Translations under genes and position numbers: made by a program | Part shown: one piece after another, positions 40,990-54,978 of the stretch | Layout of the letters: the number at the start of each line of letters is the position of its first letter | How positions within the stretch are numbered: position 1 is the first letter of the stretch | Notes under the pieces: model-generated | What the model saw: the letters and a program-made list of their open reading frames with translations, nothing else | What the model was told of the DNA's origin: nothing | Database searches by the model: none | Source: Octopus vulgaris | Lineage: Eukaryota | Length of the DNA stretch: 64,000 bases | Reading direction: 5' to 3' | Assembly (NCBI GenBank): GCA_951406725.2 | Contig: OX597814.1 | Coordinates: 45,136,001 to 45,200,000, forward strand

Positions 40990-43900
40990 AATGAGGAAAT
41001 GAAGGACACGGAGGTTTTCACCCAAAACTTAAATATTGTTAGCGATTTGCTTCAGGCGGAAGGTCGCTGTTAGCCAATTTAAACCAGTCCTCCAACACTC
41101 ACGTAAGACGTTGGAAATTTCCCGGGTGTAATCTCTTCAAAAGGCTGAAACGACGAGAACTTTAATCAAGATCTAATTTTGAAAACCCGAAATTAAGGTT
41201 AACAAAGAGAGAGCTACGACACCAATTGCTATATTACTGATGTAATCAACACTCCCAACGGGGAAGCGTGCAATAATGCTGTGTGGTGCAGACAAAAGAT
41301 AAATTACATACTGTATTACAAAATATGTCTGTAGAGTTTAGGCAACATATTTATAATGAGTAGTAAGCAGTCCCTTATCTTCATGAACAGAAAAATATGA
41401 ACTTAGTCTGAATCCTGTGTAGGGATTCCATCGACACTAAGTACATATATTAACTATCGACGAAGACATTGTTTGCAAGCCGACTATTACAAACTCTTTA
41501 AGTAAACTGGGTATATCATTTTGCATATATTTTCTTGGCAGCTTGTTCGATTAATACATTCTGAAGTGGAACATAGCATTTTAACACAAACGCTATTACA
41601 ATAGTAATATATGTATAGAACTCGTTGCCTATAGTCTGTAACATATGAAAATTTTACCCAGTTTATCCAGTCTCGTTTATCCCTTAATGAAGCTGGGTCT
41701 ACATGTAATCTCTCCGTGGACACTTCGAGAGAGTATTCAGCGGATTTAAACTAGTTCGGCTGAATTACATTTTTCCGTCCAGAAAGATACTGAATATAAT
41801 TACATGGTGTCTACATCTATTTAAACTAAAAGTCTGTTGATATATTCTGAAGTACAGTACTGCTTTGAAATGGAACACTGTTAACGCACCAGTAATTTAT
41901 ACAAATACAAATTTATTTCAGTTTTCGCTTTGTTAGAATCTAGACAGTGATGTCAAATTACAATACATGTTACCAGACATAGATTCATGGATAGTAAATT
42001 TTCTTCTTGTTTTTACTTGCTGTTTGTATAGATGTTGTTTAGCCCAAGGTTAACCTTGATCCTATAAATCTATAATCAAAATTATTTCAGGCGTAACCGC
42101 CCACACATTAGAGATATGGTGAGTCTTGGATACAATTATCCATTTGAAGGTGTGATCTGAGTGAGATTCAACTGCCATTGTGGGTAGATTAAGCGAACAT
42201 AGACAGACTCCACCGACTGACTCGTGGAATATTTTTTTGATATAGAAGCTGACAAGATATATACGAGTCATTTACCTGTAGTGAAATGATTTTAGATATT
42301 GAGCGATCATGCAAGCTCAAGGAAATGCCTATCAATTGAGTTGTGGGAGGGGTCTGACTTCCTTGTTGTGAGCAGCTTGAAGATTCAGTAATTGTGGTAA
42401 TGTCTACAGGACCCGTAGATTCAAAGATAAAATAATTAAATAATTAAATAATTAAAGACAATCTTGGAAACATTCTCATCGTTAGTGTCAATAGTAAATG
42501 AAAGTAAATCTTAGACTCAAACTAAATTGTAGAATATATTGGAAATAGAAGCAAAAATATTATAATTTTGGAAGCATGACATGTCGATAAGATTCTTCGA
42601 AATTAATGAGAATCAAACTTAGCGGTCAGCAAGACCATCATTAAACGTACATCAATTAATTACGGTTTCTCTTGTTATTGCTGGTGTTTTTATTATTGTT
42701 GTTTTTATTGTTTAACTGCAGTCGGACCTAGTAGAAGAGACCATTATCAGAGGCATTCCATCTAAGACCATTTCTTAATTTTTCAGACACAGAGTGCCCT
42801 AAACCAATGTGTTGCTCATCAAGGACTGGCAAAACCTGTAGAAACCGATTAGGATTGAGAGTAAATGAATTGCTATGTCTGATAAAATGGAGATGGTTCC
42901 CAATTTGTTAAATTCCTCTAATGCTATTGTGAAGAAAGAAAAATTGTGTAAATGCAAACACTATTTTGTCTTCGGATAATAAAAAGAAATCATATGTCAA
43001 AACAATCCGCTAATATTTCTAATACAAAGCTGATAGTTGTCAGAACCGCCGCTCTGAACTCCTTGCCATCTTAAAGATGTAGGGAACAATTTCAGAAAAA
43101 AAATTGCTTCGTGGCAAGCTAAACAACCACAAAGTCTTCTTCATTGACTCCGGAAGATTTGATTATAATTTCTTGAAAGTCGAGCTACAACTTGCAAGGA
43201 TAGCGTAAGCGTCCATAGTTTCTTGTAATTTGTCTATACACCAGAACTACAATACAGTCCTAGAAGAACGGGGTGGTCACGTCTAGGATGCCTTTTGATC
43301 AAAGGTTTGCTTAGAGACGAACATGGAAAACTTACAAGCTCTCTTTATCTCTCTCTTTCTTTATTTATTTATTCATTTCTCTTTCTCCTTCTTTCTTTCT
43401 TTCTTTCTTTTTCTCTCTCTCTCTCTCTCTTTCACTCTCTCTGTCTCCTTTCTTTCTTTCATTCTCTCTCTCCATATGTTTCCATAATTTGAAAAACTCC
43501 ATCTGATTATTTAAACTCTCTGATTTAAGAAGCCTCTTTGATTTCCATATATAAACAAATTTAAAACTGAAATTCAATATTGCACTTATGAGAACATTTA
43601 AGATTGAAATAGGTGTACGTAATTGCAATTATATTACCGTTATTACTACGAAATATATGTGAAATGAATTTGACTCCTTACAAACAAAAAAAACAGATGA
43701 ACGAATTAGAAATATGCATGTTACATAAACTAATTATACACGCTGCATGTTTTTGATATTTAATAAGTCAAAGCCCATGCAGAAAAAATGTAAACAAGCG
43801 GATAGCAAACAAAATAATAAATACGGGGTCAAGAGTGAAAATAGTCGAATTATAGCAGATAGCGGTTTCTTGAAAACAAAATTGGCAATATATACATTTA

Positions 43901-46900
43901 TAATAGAAATAGATTTAACTGAGATGAAGAAAATACCTTTTTACATTTTATTTTTACTTTGAAAATTGCAAAGTAAAAAATAAAGTAGTCCCAGAGTGGA
44001 AATCCAACACAAAAAGTATATGTGCCTATTTCACATATGCGTGTGTGTGTGTGTGCGTGGGACGGAGAGTGTGTGCTGCAATAGGAAACAAACATGTTAC
44101 ATAAACTGCTTCTTTATTCTCAGATCGACATTTATTGAGCATACTTATGATCAGACATGCTCCATCCGTGACTATCTAGCTATTTTGCATATTTAGAACT
44201 GCAGTATCTCAAACCACACATATATACATACATACTATTAATATAGGATGAAATTTTTTTCAGAAAAAAAATTTCATCAAAAGTGGCAGCATATTAAAAT
44301 ACCTTTAAAGGCTAAAATTATAAACAACTTATAAACAAGGGCAAAAGAAAAATTATATATATATATATATGTCTTTTATCTTTTAGCTGTTTCAGTCATT
44401 AGACTGCAGCCATGCTGGGGTACTGCTTCGGACAAAACTGTCACATGATGACCAATCTTGAACAGTTATGTGTGATTTTATACTAGTACCTTCCTTTCAG
44501 AGATGTTTGCTTGTTATTGTTTGTTTGTTTGTTTGTTTTTTTTTTGTTTTTGCTGCTCTTGTGTTTGTTTACTCCATTCAACCCTGATCGAGCAAACCTA
44601 GGCCCAAAAGCATGCCAGCGTGGCCATCTCGTATTTTTAGAAGTTATGTAGGAATACATTATTTAATATGTCATCCCTTTTAGAGGGTACTATGTGGGTT
44701 TGGGAGCAATTTGACTGCTATGTCTAGCTGGTTACCAGACTATGCAGAAGGAACTTTTTGCTTTTTGCTTGTGATTTTACTGGCATATGTCACTGATAAT
44801 GTTCTTTAAATCTTTCCTCGATGATTCATCGTTACTATCGTCAGCTGCAGAAACAATGTGTTGAAACATGGCGCAAATGTACTATAAAACTGCTACATTC
44901 ATTGACATCTTTCTTCAAACTCCACACCACTCTCGCACAACAAATCAAACTACACTAATGACAGATGATTATCGTCATTTCAGTATTAATCTGATAAGAA
45001 GGCTACTAAAATTCTCCATAGGATTTTATCAGATTTTACCCTAATGGTAATGGTGAGATTTTTAGTTTCAATTTAGCCACTGCTGCAACAAATTTCTGGA
45101 AACAGCTTCCAGCTTTTGTGACTGGAAAACCAAATGCTGCCGACACTGAAATTCTGCTTTTACACACTTGAGGTTTTGTAATAAGTGCACATGCACTCGC
45201 ATAATGCAGCACACATTCGAGAATGTACAATGAAAACGAAAAACCAGTATTATATTTCCACTTCCAACACTCCATGTAATAACTATTTGTCGGATCGTTT
45301 TTATAATGTCAATTGAAATTATAACTCTTCATCCCTATCTTATTTTACAAAATCTTCAGGATATTTTTTATTGATTTGCTGCTTAAATTTGAACTTTTCA
45401 CTGACCACAGGAGTCAAACAACTCAGTATTTAATTTTGATTTCTAAAACTTTAAACGATTGATAAAAACAAATGATTCCTTGGGTATAAGACCAACCCAT
45501 TCATCTAATACATCCCCCATTAATTGAAGTAGTTCCATTCCTTGCTGCAGACTAACGAAATAAGCACAAGTTTTAGAGAACTGCCACTGATTATTTTTTT
45601 AAAATTAATAATGTAAATCGACGATAACTGTTACATCAACGGAACTAGTTACAACGCATTTCTACAAGAACGTGCACCCTTAACATAATCCTTGGGTAGA
45701 ATCAGCGTAAGACAGTCAGTAACGAAGATGACCCTTTGAATTATATACACAGTCCATCCGAATCTCTGTCAATTTTAATCAGGATGTTTGGATCACCAAT
45801 GCATATAGTGCCAATGGTGCTGTGCCATGAGGTTGAACCCTGAGCATCACGATTGCAAAGCTAATTTCCCAATCACTCGCTCACGTCTACTTACATATAG
45901 CGAGGTCAACCAGGCAGGTGAGAACAAAATGTCTTGGTTAGAAAGAGTGTGAATACGAAATGTAGGTGCAACAGCAGAAAACAAACAGCTGATACTTCCG
46001 GTTAACTAAGGGCCCGGTCATTCTCGGTACTTCCTTAACTGATGCATTACACACCCTCTTTTTAACTGTAGAATCTGGATTAGAAATAGTGTTATATCAT
46101 GCTTGGTATAAACTACTGATTTCTTGTTTTTAGAACAAAACACTAACAATTACATAGTTGCATGTTTACCAACAGAGAAAAGAAATCTGTCGTCTGATTC
46201 CCGTTTGAGGGATCATTATTATCTAAATAAATTACAAAAGTATATATCGGTTAATAGTCTTTATTTAAACATTTAAGCTATTAATGTATAATACATCTCT
46301 GTCTATGTACGTAGATGCAGTCATAGAATTTAAGAGCAAGAATAAGTAAATGAACACATAAATAAATAAATATTTTTAAGTAACATAGCATGTTTAGAAA
46401 TTAGAAGTTTTGATCTTCATTTTAGTTTTGTTTTGTTTTGTTTTACTGTTTTATAATTTTTCTCTTTAACGCTAACATAAGATTTAATCCAAACAGTTAA
46501 TTTTCACAATCGATACAAAATAACTTGCTGTGGGAAATTAATTAATCATTCTAATCATCGGATTAACAGTCAAGCAGCTTGAACCAGTCAATAATCCTAA
46601 TATTTATCAACTAAATTGATTTCTAATTGAAACAGATTCAATTACCTCTTGCCTCTTATCATCCTATCTAGTCGCTCAATTGTATTACTGCATATTTGCG
46701 CTCGGTTGCATTTTATGGTAATGAATTGAATTTTGAAACCATCATAACTGCTTATCACAGACATCAGTTCTTTAACAATATGGGAATTTATGGAATAAAA
46801 TTCAATAAAAAGTAATATCAGCCACGAATTTCTACTTCAGTACATTGTTGTAAATGGATGAAGAAAATAAAATGCCATTAACGTTTTTCCAAAAATTTGT

Positions 46901-48949
46901 GTCATCTATTTTTATGTATTTTTTAAATATTTACGTCGTTTAGTTAGTTATGTGTCATAAGTTTGTTTTATAGTTATTGGCATTTGTTCTGACAAATGGT
47001 GGTTCGGGGGCTAGAACTTTGAATTAGAAACTTTAACATGACGAGTTGAAGTTTTGACACGTTTTCCTTTCTATACTTGATATAAATCTGCAACGATAGA
47101 GTTTCTATCAAAACAGCACATAGAACTATTGCCATCGTGATGGCATATATCAGAGGAATCGAAAAACAAGAGAAATTGTTTGTCTTAATAAATTTTGTGT
47201 TGCTTAACAGCAGGTGTACCATAAATGAGAACACCTACGGTCAGAAGTATTCCAGCCGCGACTATCTATTATTTTTTTTTTCAAGACTATATTATATTTT
47301 TCAAGGCAGTAAGGTGCAATTTGAGTAAGATTTGACTAATATTTCTAACAGGTCTAACATCCACGTAGACACACCCCTTTTTTTTTTTCATTGAATAAGG
47401 TATGTTATTGTGCCGTGGATAATGAGTACACTTGAGAATATGATACAGTAACATTTTAAAAGACAGTACGAGAAGATGATGAGTTATAGCAGAAGAGAAG
47501 CAGAACAGAGAACAGCAGTTTAAACAAAAGAAATACAGTTACATTTGAATAAAATGATTCCGAAGAGATGAGGTCGACGTTAGAGTGGATCAAAACGTAA
47601 ACGAATTCACAAGAAGAGAAAACAGAGTAAAGAAGATTTTTGAAAAATCATATCAAAAACTGCAAGTAAGAAGACAAACTCTTTGAAATCTGCCATAATA
47701 TACGAGTATTCGGTTGCATTTTATTTTTCTTGTCCCTAAAAATATATCTACTAATCAAGGTGTGAAATATATCCACTAACCAAGATGTGATTTGTATCGT
47801 TTCCAGGCTAGCAGAAGCCTCGAATGCAATGAAGCATATTACCTGAAATGCCGGTTTCACTAACATATTTCAATCTTGTCATTTGTTTAATCTCAGTTTT
47901 ATCCTAAGTTCAATGTATACTTTGGACACAAAATAACTTGCTGCACAACACATGTATTTCGTCAGGATTGTATCCATGTAGCCACAGTATGTTTTGGAGG
48001 GGAGAGTCTTACAATATACACAAACACCCATATGTTCCGGCTTAAGTTGATCTAACCTGGGCCTGTGTTTTCTTAACATTCAACTAACCCTAACTATTCC
48101 CCCTAACTATTCATCTCAGCAGAGCTATCTAGGCTTTTAATCGGCAGCCTCTGTGTTGTTCGTGATAGCTTCTTCTGCATATTCTTGTAATGCCCAAGGT
48201 TCCATAGGTCTTTCTCATGGTGCAACTTACAAACCCTAGACTGCCAACTTCCACAGACAAACACATCGTTCTCCATCCATACTTGTAGCAGACTTACTAA
48301 AAAAAATTTCTTCCTTTCTTGCTCCTCTTCTATCCTCATTGAGTTCTAGTCAAACTTTGTTGAAACATTTCATGCAGTGTTGTTGAAACATTTCATGCAG
48401 TGTTGTCAAAACAACGCACACTAGTATCTCTACCTTAAAATATTCCAATTTCAGTACCTCCAAAATTTATGCAAATTCGTGGTTCCATTACTTTTTTAAA
48501 CATTACATTCCTAATACTGGTTCCGGCTCAATTTCTATCATAAAGTGTAGAGGTTAATTTGACGTACTTGTTCAAACATTTCATCCTTCGGTTAGTTACA
48601 CCGGAAGTGCCATTGAGAAAAATTGTGCGGACAAGTTAGCTATATTACGCTAAAACATTTTAATACTCTTAATCTCACATCTACTTCTATCAAAAGCAAG
48701 ACGATTACTGCCACTTTATTTCATACAATTATGGCCTTTCATACAATTATGTCATTCGTGAGGATATTTCTTTCTAATTTCAAATTGTAATCAACCATTT
48801 ATACAATTTATACTGTTTTTATTTCATTATTTTTGCTATTCTATTATGGATACTTGGATGAACATCCATTGTCCTATCCTCAATCATTCTACTGAATGTT
48901 ATGAAAGCATTTACTCCTGAGGAATGAATGCCACGGTGATTTATTATCA

Positions 48950-48953
<4 letters not shown>

Positions 48954-49008
<55 letters not shown>

Positions 49009-49017
49009 GCATTGATA

Positions 49018-49105
<88 letters not shown>

Positions 49106-49269
49106 ATAAATATATATATATACACACATGCACATGTATATACATATACAAATATGTACGTGTATATTTATATAATATATATATAATTAAATATTTAGAT
49201 AAATAGATGGGTACAAAGATAGATATATAAATATGCATCAAATAGATATATAGATACATATATATACAC

Positions 49270-49312
<43 letters not shown>

Positions 49313-49397
49313 CGTGTGTGTGTGTATGTGTGCGTGTGTGTGTGTATGTGTGCGTGTGTGTGTGTGTGAGTATATGTATCCATGTATGTATGTATGC

Positions 49398-49456
<59 letters not shown>

Positions 49457-49636
49457 TGTTAATTGTGAGTATTGAAATTGTTCTATGCTTATTTGCATTT
49501 TCTCCAGTGCGGAAGATAAATCACATTTACCGACAAAACAAGAAATCTATAAGCGACAAAACTCTGTCTGTGTGCGTGCGTGAGCGTGTGCGTGTGTGTG
49601 TGAGTATGTATGTATGTATGTATATATATATATATA

Positions 49637-49689
<53 letters not shown>

Positions 49690-49727
49690 TGTGTGTGTGT
49701 ATTTATATTGCTATATAGTTATGCATA

Positions 49728-49775
<48 letters not shown>

Positions 49776-49780
49776 CATAC
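48954..49780. repeat. Extended (TA)n/(TG)n microsatellite complex
   Basis: Directly visible. Confidence 0.9.
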
Positions 49781-49829
49781 AATAAATTGCCTTCTATGTC
49801 TATGACAATTCCTCTTTTGAAAATAAGAT

Positions 49830-50460
49830 ACGTTGTTAGTATGGGATCTATGATGGAGCCAAATTACGCTGACTAATGGGAGTTTGCGTCCCGGAAATGC
49901 TGTGTGATAGGTTCAGCCACTACGAGATAGGGCTATACAGAGACGATGAACTAACAATCTCCCAAAGCATGAACGGATGTGTATTAGAAAAATTTGAAAA
50001 GACTCAAGTGATGATTTCCAGGAATTCGAGCACGAAGTAACCATACAAACCAAATTACCTGGAGTCAAGTTTGAAGATAAAATACTAAATCTGACCAGAG
50101 GAAAACATTATCATGATAGAAATTCCATTGAGAATCGCTATACAAAGCAAGCATCCCATCCACCCACTTTCAACAATTAAAACCTAGCCACTAATATATA
50201 AGCAATACAATATCTATCTTTCAACAAAGCGATATTCGACAAGGTTTTACCCGATCGTCCATAAATAACATAAACTGGTTAATAGGAAGAATACAAAAGT
50301 TATAAAAATTATAGCTGCATACAAAAGCAAAATCATATCAATCGGAATAAATAACTGAATTAGATAGAAATCCATTGAAATCAGCCGAAAACAGAGGGAA
50401 ATGCAACAGGTATATGATATGCCCATTAAATGGGAATCTTTCGTCAAAGTGATTGACAAG
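49830..50460 (+). mobile_element. Decayed Penelope-like element RT (Naiad/Chlamys type)
   Basis: Fragments VSMGS-YDGA, EIGLYRDDELTI (cf. GLYRDDGL), VTIQTKLPGVKFEDKILNLTRGKHY (cf. ITI..N...VNFLDVTLNL..G.Y), ASHPPT (cf. SNHPP), LSFNKAIFDK, and linker KCNRYMICPLNGN (cf. CNCR...CPLNG.C). Confidence 0.75.
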
Positions 50461-50633
50461 TATTGTAAGACGTGTATACAAATAAAAACTGTCTGAGCAA
50501 AAAGCGAAACATATATATGTATGTATGTGTGTGTGTATGTATGTATGTATGTATGTAATAATATGCATGTAATAATGTATGTATGTATATATGTATGTAT
50601 GTATGTATGTATGTAGGTAGGTATTATGGGAGT

Positions 50634-50952
50634 GAGGGCGCGTGGCTTAGTGGTTAGGGCATTCGGCTCATGATCGTAAGGTTGTGAGTTCGATTCCCGG
50701 CGACGCGTTGTGTCCTTGAGCAAGACACTTTATTTCACGTTGCTCCAGTTCACTCAGCTGGCAAAAATGAGTTGTACTTGTATTTCAAAGGGTCAGCCTT
50801 GTCACTCTCTGTGTCACGCTGATTATCCCCGAGAACTACGTTAAGGGTACGCGTGTCTGTGGAATGCTCAGCCATTTGTACGTTAATTTCACGAGCAAGC
50901 TGTTCCGTTGATCGTATCAGCTGGGACCCTCGTCGTCGTAACCGGCGGAGTC
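50634..50952 (+). mobile_element. tRNA-derived SINE family C (CORE-like body), full-length
   Basis: GTGGCTTAGTGGTTAG A box, GAGTTCGATTCCC B box, tgtgtccttgagcaagacactt CORE-like segment; 3' part shared with the family B copy at 14201. aggtattatg occurs on both flanks (50619-50628 and 50963-50972). Confidence 0.9.
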
Positions 50953-51000
50953 TTTTTTTTTAAGGTATTATGTATGTATGTATGCATGTATGCATGCATG

Positions 51001-51546
51001 TTGTGTCATTGTTCAGTTTATTTCATGATTTCTTGTCAATAAAGAGAGAGCCGGTTTCTAACCTAGATTCAAGGCTCCTTCATTGGAATTCCAACATCAA
51101 CAACATGGTATTTTTGTTTGTATGTATGTATATGTGCAGATTTGTATTTTTTGCTTTATCTATGTATTCTCATGCATCTAGTTGTATATCTAGACATACT
51201 CATACATATTTAATGATAAACTTCTGGAAAGTTTTACAGATTTTACAGTTCCAGTGATGGATTAGCTCTGTAGTCTTCGAATTAGCTTTCTCCTTCCTGG
51301 TTTTGAGAAACCTAATTTCTCAAGATTGGTATTTAGGCAGTGTGTTACATATCTCAGGGCCCCAATAATTACAGGTATAAATCTGAACTTATAATCTGGA
51401 TAGAGTAACTGCAGGTTTATCAATAGTTCAACATAGGTGTTCACTTTTTCGCTGATCTTCAGTTCTATGCTTACATCCACTGGGCAGCTAATTTCCACAA
51501 CTGTGCACAGTTTCTCTTCTCTATCCCCAATCATTATATCAGGCCT
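51001..51546 (-). mobile_element. 5'-truncated R4/Dong-like non-LTR retrotransposon (restriction-like endonuclease domain plus 3' UTR)
   Basis: RPDIMIGDREEKLCTVVEISCPVDVSIELKISEKVNTYVELL...FIPVIIGAL matches the PD-(D/E)..K..KY..IP.VIGALG RLE pattern; (ATGT)n tracts flank both sides. Confidence 0.85.
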
Positions 51547-51686
51547 GTATGCATGTATGTATGTATGTATGTATGTATGTATGTATGTATGTATGTATGT
51601 ATGTATGTATGTATGTATCATTTCCATTTTTGTGTCTATTATAGATCTGGCTTTATCAATTCCCATAAATCACTAGAACCAAATCA

Positions 51687-52878
51687 TACAGGGTGTCCCG
51701 AAATTAAAGCAGTCGAAATTTCGGGCTTTAATAACTATCAATAAATGTGATAAGATATGAAAATTATACATCATTAGTGTGTCTTCTTTTTGCTTCAGAC
51801 TAAATAAATTCAGATTTATGAATTAGCTAATGGCTATAGCCCGAAATACATTCATTACCATTTACCATGGAGGCGAAAATAATACAACTTCAGAAAAAAA
51901 AGCTTTAAATTAGGCGAAGAACAGTCTGGAAAATTATCAAGAGATTTTAACAGAGTAGTTCCACCGCTGATCAACCTGGACATGACGGAAAACCTGTGGA
52001 CCCCTCAGCTTATCAAAGCTACCAGAGAAAAGATACGGCAAAATCTTCGTCGTTCCGTCAGAAAACTGGCTTCAACAGCAAAAATAAACCGAACATCGAT
52101 GTATCGAGTGCCGAAGAAGGATCTCAAGACCCATCCCTACAAGATGACCTGCCGTTATGAGCTCACACAAGTTTATAAGGCCGTCTTATCCTGCGCCAGA
52201 TTGCTGAAGGCATGCTGCCCAACTTGATGCACACTGATGAAAAGAAATTTTGACATCGAACAGACAATAAACCAACATAATGACCAACTTTGGAGTATAT
52301 CTAGTTCCGTTGATGGTAGAATCATAATCGACGTCAAAATCCACAGTCAATAATGGTTTGGGCGGCTGTGACAGCCACTGGAAAGTCTTCCCTCGTTTTT
52401 GTGCCCTTAAATATTAAAGCCTACACCCAGCGATACATTAGCGACATTCTAGAAGCTGAACTGCTTCCATAGACAAATGATCACTTTCAAGGTGCACCTT
52501 GCAACTTCCAGCAGGACTCGGCACCATCCCACAGCTCTAAATAGACACACCACTGTATTCAGGAAAATATTCCATCGTTCATAGGCAAGAATGTATAACC
52601 CCCAAGAAGCCACGATTTCAACCTGTTGGATTTATATTTTTCGTTCGTTTTGGAGATGAGAGTCTTGAGCACTCCTCATGCTTCACTTGACACTCTAAAG
52701 GCAAAACTGTGCCAGGAATGGGCTCCGATTCAGTAAGAACAGCTGCGTTCAGCGTGTGAATCATTCGCACCTAGACTTAAGATTGTGATTCGAAACAGAG
52801 GTGGATCCAAATTATAGTAGCATTTTGCTTTAGTAAAATTGAAAAAAGTTGGTTGCCTTAATTTTAGGACACTCTGTA
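51687..52878 (+). mobile_element. Tc1/mariner transposon of the DD37D (maT) type, both TIRs present, transposase inactivated
   Basis: TIRs TAcagggtgtcccgaaattaaagca and tgccttaattttaggacactctgTA. Motifs REKIRQNLRRSVRKLAS, TDEKKF, SIMVWAAVTATGKSSLVFVP, FQQDSAPSH and SHDFNLLD; I count 37 residues between the second and third D. In-frame stops present. Confidence 0.9.
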
Positions 52879-53269
52879 TATGGGTAACTTGTTCATTTCA
52901 TGTATATGTATGTGTTTGTGTGTGTGTGTGCATATGTGTGTGTAAAGAGTGTGCGCGTATGTGTGTATCACTGTATGAATATATATATGTAAGCATATGT
53001 GTATAACTGCAAAAGCAGATTGTTTAATATATTTTAACACGGTAGTTATGGTCATTGATACCGTAATACAGTCTGTAGTTAAGTATATATCCTAAACATT
53101 ACTAATGAGTAGCATAGTCTCTGAAGAATTGATAATGTAATCTGCTTATGTTTTCCTTATAAGCAATAGAAACAGGTATAAGATGACGCCTCTCTTTATA
53201 TCGCCTTTCACATGCAGAAAACTCCTCTACCTTTATATTCTTAACAAATATTGTCTTATTATGTGAATT

Positions 53270-54020
53270 TTGAGGTATCTATTTAAAATGCATCATTATT
53301 TTCCTCTCCAGTCTCGCTTAATTCACTTTATAGCCAATTGAGTACAAATGTAGAGAATAATAGAAGTGTCCCGTTGAAAAATTTATTTTTTAAAAGGGCC
53401 CTGGCTCGTTCTGAGGATTCCTTTCAAAGGAATTCGAAAAACTAGTTCTATGTCCTCAAGGGATGTTTAATGTAACTACTTGAATGTTTACAGGTGGTAA
53501 AAATATGCAGTATTCACAGATGAGAATTACTGTTAAGTCCAATAGTAATCAACATGCATCAAAATCAGATCTTTCTTCTCCACGTGGCTTTATTCGAGGT
53601 GTAGTTGGCTTCTTACATCGATATGAGATTTTTGAGATAACCATTCGCTTCTCCTAGAAGTAGCAGGTTTTTTCTTCCTTTTGTCTGCTTCCATCCTTTG
53701 CCATATTCTTATTGAAGCAAGTAAATAATATATCTGTATTTTACTTCAGTTTTCATGAATGAAGAAGTGTTTACTGTCGGGTACCATTTAGGTGATATTT
53801 CGCCTTCTTTCGGTAAATAGTTGAATATTTTTGGCAGTACTTTGTTGGTAGCTGTTAGCCACTTTAATCAGAAGTTTGATACTTTGTCATTTGTTGATGA
53901 TTTTTTTAAACATCTGAGTTACTCCTTAGGATATTTTTTCTGCGATTAATTAGGTGTCACACTTGTTTTAACATTTTTGCCCGTAGCAATCCACCTGCTC
54001 TCCTTCCAAACTCCTCCCCA
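53270..54020 (-). mobile_element. Degenerate R4/Dong-like RT fragment
   Basis: Minus strand DKVSNF*LKWLTATNKVLPKIFN..SPKW, KKDLILMHVDY, KK*IFQRDTS (cf. PDKI.NFWLK.L, RNLSMAWIDY, KRGIFQGDSLS). Confidence 0.55.
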
Positions 54021-54439
54021 AAAAATCTTTACTTATGCTGTTGGCATTGCATTCATTCTTTTAGTTTTTAACTTGCTTTTGTTAAATTTGTTTTGTATTG
54101 GAAGGAAATATTTGTTTTGTTAAAAGAATTTTTTTTCACTTTTCCTAACGGCAGATTCTTTGCGATGTAGCAAAGTTTTTTTTTTCTTTCATCGCTATTT
54201 CTATTATTCCTACCATCATCATTAAACGATGTATGGTAAAATCATTAATCGTCGTAGACGAACGAAATTCTTTGTGATATTTAAGTTATTTTACCTACTT
54301 AAACGAAATCTCGCTGTGATCGATTTTGCTTTTCATCTCTATGAGGTCGATAAAATGAGTACCAGTCAAGTACTTAGATCGATTTCAGTCAGTTATTCTT
54401 CGTCTCCCAAAAACATATGACCACATGCCATTGTAAGAA

Positions 54440-54440
<1 letters not shown>

Positions 54441-54499
<59 letters not shown>

Positions 54500-54536
54500 G
54501 TTGTTGTTGTTGTTGTTCTTCTTCTTCTTCTTCTTC
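54441..54536. repeat. Compound (TTA)n(TTG)n(TTC)n microsatellite
   Basis: Directly visible. Confidence 0.9.
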
Positions 54537-54711
54537 CACTTCTTTTCTTGTCGTTGTTATTGCTGTTTTGCTAATATTAACATCATTATTATCATCATGT
54601 TGTTGTTGTTACTACGCAAGTAGGTACCGAACCCGGTTAAGTTATAATTTCTCTTGAACAATGACTCGTGATCCTAGATCACGAGTATTTTCTTTTTTCT
54701 ACATGTGAAAT

Positions 54712-54978
54712 CACATGGCTCAGTGGTTAGGTTATTCGACTCCCGATCGTAAAGTCGTGAATTAGATTCCCGGCAACGCGTTGCGTCCTTGAGCAAGACA
54801 CTTTATTCCACGTTGCTCCAGTCTATTCAGCTAGCCAAAATGAGTTGTACCTGTTATTCAAAGGGTAAACTTTGTCACATTCCGTGTCACAGTGAATCTA
54901 CCTGGGAACAACGATAAGGGGACGTGTGTTTGTAGAATGCTCATCCACTTGCACGTTATTTCACGAACCGACGGAGTG
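54712..54978 (+). mobile_element. SINE family C, older copy with an internal deletion near the 3' end
   Basis: atggctcagtggttagg...gttgcgtccttgagcaagacactttattccacgttgctccag...accgacggagtg aligns with 50634-50952. Confidence 0.85.

Noticed and set aside
47560-48350. Possible L1/Tx1-like relic on the minus strand
   Set aside because: No diagnostic motif could be read with confidence.
54664-54686. Perfect 10-bp-stem hairpin actcgtgatc-cta-gatcacgagt (also an AT-rich hairpin at about 44248-44278)
   Set aside because: Too short and isolated to assign a function; a few such hairpins can arise by chance or template switching in 64 kb.
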